From an uncultured archaeon (GTDB lineage Archaea; Asgardarchaeota; Lokiarchaeia; Sigyniarchaeales; Promethearchaeaceae): 32,000 bases of DNA. Below the pieces are notes generated by a model. That model was given only the letters and a program-made list of their open reading frames with translations. It was not told the DNA's origin and did no database searches. Location: assembly GCA_964426185.1 (NCBI GenBank), contig CAYRPF010000009.1:1-32000 (forward strand), given 5' to 3'. The translations under genes and the position numbers were made by a program. Of this stretch, positions 1-6,586 are shown piece after piece. Position 1 is the stretch's first letter. Each line of letters opens with the position of its first letter.

Positions 1-47
1 TCAGGACTCCAATACGCGCTACTGAACATACTACAAAATTTTACCAT
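1..47 (-). CDS. 5' end of a gene running off the window (MVKFCSMFSSAYWSP(D/E)...); possibly proteasome alpha-like N-terminus
   Basis: Open frame on - from ATG at 47 (alternative ATG at 29) to the window edge. Only 15 codons are visible; 'SP(D/E)' loosely recalls the proteasome alpha 'FSPDG' motif. Confidence 0.3.
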   Translation of the reverse strand, partial: MVKFCSMFSSAYWSP

Positions 48-122
48 GGGAAAAATTTCTAACTTTTTATATCTCCTTTTAAAATTAATTACTAGTCATA
101 AAAAATGATCTAGGGGATAATA

Positions 123-383
123 TTGAAAAAAATTTTAGTAGTTTGTCCTATTTGTAATAAATCTAAGCGAATAATAGTTCCAGAATCTATTTTTAAATTA
201 GAAGAAGGGTCGTTATTGAAATTGGTAATTAAAAAAAATCAAATTTGTCAACATGAATTTGGATTACTTCTAGATTTTCATTTTTCAATACGAGATTATG
301 AGATAAATGAAGAAGAACTTAATAGAATTAAACAAGTCAAGCCAAAAGAAGAAGATTTAACTATTTTTGATATAATGTTTTAA
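123..383 (+). CDS. small putative zinc-binding hypothetical protein
   Basis: 86 aa, TTG start; CPIC...CQH metal-ligand pattern; acidic C-terminus. Confidence 0.7.
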   Translation: MKKILVVCPICNKSKRIIVPESIFKLEEGSLLKLVIKKNQICQHEFGLLLDFHFSIRDYEINEEELNRIKQVKPKEEDLTIFDIMF

Positions 384-391
384 GAAATAAA

Positions 392-1600
392 TCAATTTGG
401 TTCAAAAACAGAAGTTACTTTTTTTTCTCTTTCATCGACATATATTTGAAGTATTTGATTTAATTTACCAATTCTAAAATTTTTTTGGGTAAAGCATACC
501 AATTGAAGTGTAAAACTCCCCTTTTCAATTGGAGTTATTAAATTAACTGAAAATTTTGTTTCTTTAAGGGAATCGAGATGGATTTGAGAGAATCTTTTGT
601 AAAAATTACTCTCTTTATAATGAATTTGGAGATCAACAACTATCGGAATAGATTCTGGATTATAAAGCAGAAGATCTACTTTTTCGAATATACATCTTAT
701 TTTTCTATTTTTGATTTTAATAGAGTTCAACTCAGAATCTGAAATGTGGTGTTCTAAAAACTCTTGAGATTTTTGAATTTTTATTGAATTATTTGCATGG
801 AATATTAGATTTCCTATCTCTATTTGAGGAAGTTGATTAAATTCTTCAAAAAATGGAGAATTTTCATTCTCATTGGATAGGTTACTCAATTTTATATAAC
901 TTAATATCCGTTCATAGGTTAAATCTTGCTTTTCATTCAATTCAGGAAGATTTTCAACATATAATGGGGAGAAAATAACACTGCCAAAATTTGCTACTTG
1001 AAATGTATCCTTCAGTTTTAAAATCTGTAAAATAGATTGCATGTTGATATTTTTCAGAATAAAAGGAGCAACTAAAATACCATCTACCGAAAAATTATCC
1101 AGCAATTTTTTTGGAATTATAGGGATAGCACCAGTAATCAAAATTTTAGAAAATTGCCTACCCTCTTCTATACCTATAAGAGGATTTTGATTGAAAATTT
1201 CAAAATTATTTATCTCGGCATTTTCTAATTTTCGTTTTGTGAATAACGCAATATCTGGTTGTTGTTCGAGAATTGTAATTGAATGAACCACTTTTGAGAT
1301 TACAGCTTCTATATATCCTCCTTTAGCTCCTAAAAAAAGCACATCATCCGTTTCATTTAATTCTAATAGAGTAGTTGTCATACTTATCATATGAGGCGCC
1401 GATACGGTTCGATTTATTTTTTTATTCTTATAGAAAAATAAAACGGGGCGATCTCCCAATACAAACCATCTTAATTGTTCTGGTGTAAAAAATAAATCTA
1501 AAGGAAGTTCCTTTAATACATGGAAAATCTTTTTATTCCTTAAATAGCCCATTTTGATATGATTTAAAAGCAATTTAATGAATAATTTTTGATAATCCAT
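392..1600 (-). CDS. pcm: protein-L-isoaspartate O-methyltransferase (PIMT/Pcm)-like protein with ~185-aa C-terminal extension
   Basis: TVSAPHMIS (PIMT TISAPHM motif), VLFLGAKGGY (degenerate SAM motif I), FSKILITGA, GILVAP, VIFSPL (VxFVPL). Confidence 0.75.
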   Translation of the reverse strand: MDYQKLFIKLLLNHIKMGYLRNKKIFHVLKELPLDLFFTPEQLRWFVLGDRPVLFFYKNKKINRTVSAPHMISMTTTLLELNETDDVLFLGAKGGYIEAVISKVVHSITILEQQPDIALFTKRKLENAEINNFEIFNQNPLIGIEEGRQFSKILITGAIPIIPKKLLDNFSVDGILVAPFILKNINMQSILQILKLKDTFQVANFGSVIFSPLYVENLPELNEKQDLTYERILSYIKLSNLSNENENSPFFEEFNQLPQIEIGNLIFHANNSIKIQKSQEFLEHHISDSELNSIKIKNRKIRCIFEKVDLLLYNPESIPIVVDLQIHYKESNFYKRFSQIHLDSLKETKFSVNLITPIEKGSFTLQLVCFTQKNFRIGKLNQILQIYVDEREKKVTSVFEPN

Positions 1601-1931
1601 TGGAATTTCCTCCGTAAAATATTCAAGAAATATACATACTTAATATTAACTCCTTACCAACTGTAACATATAAATTAGATTTTTCATTGTGCATTCAATT
1701 ATCTGGTAAAAATTGTGGATAAATTCGATTTTAGTTAAAAATCAATAATTTATGGATAAATTTTCTGTTAATTCTTCAAATACACTTCTTTTTCTAATTC
1801 ATAAAAATATGTCTTTCAAAAGAAATGTTTTAAAACCCTAAAATAAATATTTAAGGATTTATTTTATTATATCAAATAAGAGCATTATTTTAACCAATTT
1901 CAATTTCTCTAAAACATAAGAGGATTACTAT

Positions 1932-3149
1932 ATGGCCATTGAAAAAGAAAAGGAAACAAATCCTACCATCGAAAAAGAGAAAGATTCAAATTATTTGATA
2001 ACCTACACACGACATTTAGAGCGACGTCTTCGTAATTTAGAATCTACTAAATCAAAATTAGAAAGAGAATTGTTGGCGAGTCAACGAGACCTAGATAATC
2101 TGCGGAAAGAACTTGATCGTCTTCGTCAACCTCCTCTAATATCTGCACATGTAACAGATCTATTACCTGATCACCGTGCAATTGTTAAATCAAGTTCAGG
2201 ACCTTCTTTTATTGTGAATATTGCCCCTAAAGTAAATTTTGAAGAAATTCAAGTTAACGATAGAGTTGCATTGAATCAAAGAACATTTTCAATTATGGAA
2301 CGACTTCCAAATGTGGTAGATCCTCAAGTTCAAGTGATGGAAATCACTGAAAAACCAGATGAATATACCTATAATGATATTGGTGGCTTAGAAGAGCAAT
2401 TAATTGAAGTTCGCGAAACAGTTGAAAAACCATTGCTCAATCCTGAATTGTTTGAAAAAGTAGGTGTTATCCCTCCGAAAGGAATTCTCTTATATGGAGT
2501 TCCTGGGACGGGTAAAACAATGATGGCTAAAGCCGTCGCTAATGCAACTCAAGCAACATTTATTCGGATTATTGGAAGTGAACTGGTTCAGAAATTTATT
2601 GGAGAAGGTGCCCGAATGGTTCGAGAATTGTTCGAAATGGCTAGAAATCATTCACCCGCAATAATTTTTATAGATGAATTAGATGCAATAGGTTCAAAAC
2701 GATTACAAGTGGCAACATCTGGGGATCGTGAAGTCCAACGAACTTTGATGCAGTTATTAAGTGAACTTGATGGATTTAACAATCGAGGAGATATTCGAAT
2801 TATTGGTGCAACTAATCGTCCTGATATATTAGATCCTGCCCTTTTACGACCAGGTCGTTTCGATCGATTAATCGAGTTCCCTCCTCCAGATGAAGAAGCA
2901 CGCATTAAAATCTTTCAAATCCATACAAAAAATATGAATTTAGAGAAAAAGGCTCGAAATTTCAAGCAATTTTCTCATTTGACAGAAAACGCTACTGGTG
3001 CAGAAATTAAGGCTATTGTTATGGAAGCGGGAATGTTTGCTATTCGAGAAAACTGTGAAGAAATTAAAGTTTCTCATTTTAAGAAAGCAATTGCCAAAGT
3101 AATGAAAACTTCAAAGAAAACTCATGAAAAATTTGAAATGTATGCCTAA
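1932..3149 (+). CDS. pan: proteasome-activating nucleotidase (AAA+ ATPase)
   Basis: N-terminal coiled coil plus OB domain, Walker A GVPGTGKT, Walker B IIFIDELD, SRH ATNRPDILDPALLRPGRFDR, C-terminal HbYX 'MYA'. Confidence 0.97.
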   Translation: MAIEKEKETNPTIEKEKDSNYLITYTRHLERRLRNLESTKSKLERELLASQRDLDNLRKELDRLRQPPLISAHVTDLLPDHRAIVKSSSGPSFIVNIAPKVNFEEIQVNDRVALNQRTFSIMERLPNVVDPQVQVMEITEKPDEYTYNDIGGLEEQLIEVRETVEKPLLNPELFEKVGVIPPKGILLYGVPGTGKTMMAKAVANATQATFIRIIGSELVQKFIGEGARMVRELFEMARNHSPAIIFIDELDAIGSKRLQVATSGDREVQRTLMQLLSELDGFNNRGDIRIIGATNRPDILDPALLRPGRFDRLIEFPPPDEEARIKIFQIHTKNMNLEKKARNFKQFSHLTENATGAEIKAIVMEAGMFAIRENCEEIKVSHFKKAIAKVMKTSKKTHEKFEMYA

Positions 3150-3390
3150 TATCCCGCTTAAATCTATCCCATAGTTAGTTGTGGTTATTTGTGAGTGATG
3201 TCGAGGTTCCTGCTAACGGCTTAACGTGATGGTAGTGCTTGGTGCCTAACGGCACCATGACTGATTGTGCAATAGTAATTGACTAATTATGATATACTGT
3301 GACATAAGGTCGGCGTTTGGATATAACGGGATGAAAGTTGTTGTGCGAATCAACTATGGGAAAAGAAGAAAAAAATGTTAATCTCTTTTT
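3150..3390 (+). ncRNA. candidate structured ncRNA / repeat element, copy 1
   Basis: GC-richer intergenic segment with no ORF. Hairpin TGGTGCC-TAAC-GGCACCA (3240-3257); 10-bp inverted repeat 3167-3176/3352-3361; conserved blocks shared with 16200-16375(-); followed by a T-tract. Confidence 0.6.
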
Positions 3391-3509
3391 TTTTTACCCT
3401 TTCTAATTTCTTTTCATTTATAATTTATTAATTATATCTTTGATATCATCTTTTTGGCTCTTTTTCAGAAAAATTCTATACTAATCATGTATTATTTTAA
3501 GATGATTCC

Positions 3510-4010
3510 ATGTGGTTAAATCAACGCAGTCGAGAAGAAATCCGCTCTTTTCTAATAGCAGTTTTTGGATTTCAATTTGATGATAAAATTGCTTCAATCT
3601 TGATAGAAGCATTTCCACAAATGAACTTTCAATTTTCAAGAAAAACCAAAAAAATAAAATATATTTTTTTAAACGAGGAAGTTTTTGCAGCATATCGCCC
3701 GCAAACGGGGAAATTTTCATTAGGTTTTGGGGCTGCAGAATATTTAATTGAGCATACTGAAACTCCCAGACTGCGTGCAGTAGTTCAGTCCGATATTCAA
3801 GATTTTATAAAAAGCGGAAAATCTGTGTTCTCTCAACATGTAGTAAATATCGATCCTTTGTTGCACATTGGAGATGAAGTCATAATCGTTAATGAAAATG
3901 ACGAACTACTCGCTTTGGGGAAATTAACATACCCTCCATTTTATATAACTCAAAATGTTAAAGGTAGTTGCATTAAAGTCCGTAAAGGAATTAATGCAAG
4001 ATCGAAGTAA
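3510..4010 (+). CDS. PUA-domain RNA-binding protein (TGT C-terminal/pre-PUA + PUA type)
   Basis: FIKSGKSVFSQHV..IDP.LHIGDEVIIVNENDELLALGK...KVRKG is a typical archaeal PUA signature. Confidence 0.9.
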   Translation: MWLNQRSREEIRSFLIAVFGFQFDDKIASILIEAFPQMNFQFSRKTKKIKYIFLNEEVFAAYRPQTGKFSLGFGAAEYLIEHTETPRLRAVVQSDIQDFIKSGKSVFSQHVVNIDPLLHIGDEVIIVNENDELLALGKLTYPPFYITQNVKGSCIKVRKGINARSK

Positions 4011-4080
4011 ATTTTATTATTTTTCGGAATTTTACTAACTATAGAAAATATTATTCATTCAATTCGGTGACTAAAGAAAT

Positions 4081-4635
4081 ATGGGCAAACTACCCAAATC
4101 CATGCAAAATCGTAACAAACAAATCAAAGAACTACGTGCCAAAGGTAGTTCTCATAGCAAAAGTAAGCATCGAGCACCTCCAGTAGCCCAAAATCGTCAA
4201 ATGCGGCGCAGATTGCAGAAACAAGGCATCGGTGACATGGAACAAATTGAAGCTCGACGCGTAATCATTCAAAAAGATGATGAAGATTTAATCATTGAAA
4301 ATCCTCAGATTATACGAGTCGCTCAACAAGGTATGAATGTTTATCAAGTAATCGGAGAAGCCGAACCTCACCCTTCTGGTAAATATGTGGGAGTCGGTAC
4401 CGATTTTGCTACTGCGGATGAAATTGATGCATCAAATATTACCGCTGAATCAAGAGGTAATTTGCAGGAAGCGATAGCTGAAGAAGAGGAAATTTCATTA
4501 AATGTTGAAATTACTGAGCAAGATATTCAATTAGTTGTGATGCAGACTAATGTGAGTCCAGAAGTTGCCAAACAAACACTTCAAGAAACAAATGGGGATT
4601 TGGCCAAAGCCATTATTAAATTAAAAACCCAATAA
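4081..4635 (+). CDS. nac: archaeal nascent polypeptide-associated complex protein (aNAC)
   Basis: RQMRRRLQKQGI..MEQI.A.RVII...LIIENPQI NAC domain; C-terminal UBA-like ITEQDIQLVVMQTNVS.E.A..L....GDLAKAI. Confidence 0.93.
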   Translation: MGKLPKSMQNRNKQIKELRAKGSSHSKSKHRAPPVAQNRQMRRRLQKQGIGDMEQIEARRVIIQKDDEDLIIENPQIIRVAQQGMNVYQVIGEAEPHPSGKYVGVGTDFATADEIDASNITAESRGNLQEAIAEEEEISLNVEITEQDIQLVVMQTNVSPEVAKQTLQETNGDLAKAIIKLKTQ

Positions 4636-4725
4636 AAAACAAAGTCAAAAATAATCACGGATAATCCCCTAATATCTGTTCCAAAATTATTTTTATTTTT
4701 CACTCATTACCATGATTGAATTATT

Positions 4726-5037
4726 ATGTCAGCTATCGCCTCAAAAAAAGCGGAACAAGAAAAAGGTCCTGAACAAATCCTTTTTACTATGGGTTTTGTA
4801 TTTCTCGGCACAATAGTTGTAATTCTTATTCTTACGTTACTTTTCTCATGGAATTTCTTCTCTACAAACGTCCTGGGACCAATTATTTACTTTTTGCTCC
4901 TCTCGGGGCTTACCTTTGGATTTGGAAGTTTATTAAAAGAGACTTCATATTCTGAAAAAATAATTAAGAATTGGTTTTTTGGATTTTTCGGAATAAGCAT
5001 TATCATAGGAATTGTTTTAGGAGCGTATATGTGGTAA
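4726..5037 (+). CDS. small membrane protein (about 3 TM helices)
   Basis: three hydrophobic stretches in 103 aa. Confidence 0.75.
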   Translation: MSAIASKKAEQEKGPEQILFTMGFVFLGTIVVILILTLLFSWNFFSTNVLGPIIYFLLLSGLTFGFGSLLKETSYSEKIIKNWFFGFFGISIIIGIVLGAYMW

Positions 5038-5075
5038 TTACTATTTGGTAAGGACTGAATTAGAGCATATAATAG

Positions 5076-5237
5076 TTATTATCGAAATCTCTTTTTTCTT
5101 TCTTTCTGCGATATTTTTCTATTGATTTCACTATCTTTTTTTGTGAATAAATGTCAAAGAATCTGAAAGAACCAGAATAAATTAGAGTGAAAAGTATAGA
5201 AAAAAAAATTTTAAGAATCGAAAGAATTCGAAAATAA
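5076..5237. repeat. ~160-bp imperfect palindrome between convergent genes
   Basis: nested inverted repeats 5076-5090/5223-5237 (13/15), 5114-5122/5196-5204 (9/9), 5126-5132/5186-5192 (7/7). Confidence 0.5.
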
Positions 5238-5245
5238 TCCGGTTT

Positions 5246-5566
5246 CTATTTACTCTGAAGCATTTGGTTTAATTCTGTAATTTTTTGATCGATTATCGCA
5301 GAAAATTCCCGATTATTGGAATCTTCGACAAATGAAAATGCTTGTAGATATTCTTCTAATGCTTTTTGGTGAAATCCCATTAGTTCCAATAAATTTGCCT
5401 TTTCGGCAATAGATTTAGCGATTCCGAACCGATTTGATAATTGTAGCTTTTTTTTAATAATTCTATTATAAATTTCCAACGCCAAAGTATAATTTCCTTG
5501 ATTTTTTGCTTGTTCTAAATTCTGAGCTAACCTATAAAGCTCAATAATATCTTTCATTTCTTTCAT
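5246..5566 (-). CDS. TPR-like helical repeat protein
   Basis: GNYTLALEIY...GIAKSIAEKA..LE.MG..QKALEEYLQA TPR-like pattern. Confidence 0.75.
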   Translation of the reverse strand: MKEMKDIIELYRLAQNLEQAKNQGNYTLALEIYNRIIKKKLQLSNRFGIAKSIAEKANLLELMGFHQKALEEYLQAFSFVEDSNNREFSAIIDQKITELNQMLQSK

Positions 5567-5637
5567 AAATTAAGCGATTCGTTTCCGCCTTTTGAAATTC
5601 TTTAATATACGCATCTTATCACAATATTTTCTTGATA

Positions 5638-5709
5638 GATGTACTGCGAAAAATATAAATGATGTACTGCGAAAAATATAAATGATGTACTGCGAAAAAT
5701 ATAAATGAT
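5638..5709 (+). repeat. perfect tandem repeat, 3 x 23 bp GATGTACTGCGAAAAATATAAAT, containing a BRE/TATA-like element
   Basis: units 5638-5660, 5661-5683, 5684-5706 plus GAT; ends 3 bp before ATG 5713. Confidence 0.95.
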
Positions 5710-5712
5710 TAT

Positions 5713-6456
5713 ATGGCTTTGCCTTCTGAATCTGTCCTAAATTTCATAAAAATCCGCGTTGTCTGCAAAGTTGCTCAACCATTGCGGAATTTTACTTGTT
5801 TTTTCTCAACCACCCCAACACAATCTTGGTCTTCTATTCCCATGTTGGCTACTAACGATTTTGAATATGTCGCCTATGTATCCGTTGAAAAATCTGATTC
5901 GCAAATTTATCTCTTTTTCTTATTGGAAACACCTAAAGGAGAACAAATTATTGACAGCAATAACGGAATTTTTTATCAGATTCCCATATATATTTTATCT
6001 TCTGAAAAATCGGTTGAAAAAACAAGCACTCTTTCCTCAAAACAAAGTCAACAGTTTGATATTCCTTCTCCTTTTTCTTCTTCTCCTTCTTCATCCTTAT
6101 CCCCTTTTTTTCCCTCTGGAGTGGCGTCATCGGATGGATCTCTTGCGAACCCAAAACCATTAGTAGAAAACTCAAATAAAAACTTACCATCAATCAGCCA
6201 GTCTATGCCCCATTCTTTAATCTACGTAGAAAACCCATTTAGATATTCAAAGATAACAGATAAAAATTCCATATCTCATAAAATAATCAAATTTCAAGCA
6301 TCTCCTGTTTGTAATCTTACCAATTCCAAAATAAGAAAAAATTCATCACCATCTCAAAAAGAAATTTCCGATTATTCGGTTTGTTCCAATTGTCAAGGGC
6401 GATACCCCAAAATTCTTCATATTTGCCCTTACTGTGGATATGATTTTTCTAAGTAA
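5713..6456 (+). CDS. hypothetical protein: beta-rich N-domain, Ser/Pro linker, C-terminal C4 zinc ribbon
   Basis: CSNC...CPYCG at the C-terminus; low-complexity S/P middle region. Confidence 0.7.
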   Translation: MALPSESVLNFIKIRVVCKVAQPLRNFTCFFSTTPTQSWSSIPMLATNDFEYVAYVSVEKSDSQIYLFFLLETPKGEQIIDSNNGIFYQIPIYILSSEKSVEKTSTLSSKQSQQFDIPSPFSSSPSSSLSPFFPSGVASSDGSLANPKPLVENSNKNLPSISQSMPHSLIYVENPFRYSKITDKNSISHKIIKFQASPVCNLTNSKIRKNSSPSQKEISDYSVCSNCQGRYPKILHICPYCGYDFSK

Positions 6457-6586
6457 CTCTTAACGAAAGCTCGATTCGGGGATTTTTCCAAAAAAGTGAA
6501 ATTAATAGGGTCAGAGTTGTTAATTTAAGTGTAGAATAAAAAATCCTCCTTTGAAAAAAAATGCTCCATTAGGTTGCGAAATATAT

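Noticed and set aside
1714-1722. Perfect DnaA box (TGTGGATAA) suggesting oriC
   Set aside because: Archaeal context, only one perfect copy, no dnaA/cdc6 or ORB motif nearby
3195-3300. Canonical C/D box guide or SECIS element
   Set aside because: GTGATG, CTGA and ATGA words exist but spacing is non-canonical; pan ends in TAA and I saw no Sec-type in-frame TGA nearby
5638-5709. CRISPR array
   Set aside because: Repeats are directly adjacent with no spacers; no cas genes in the window
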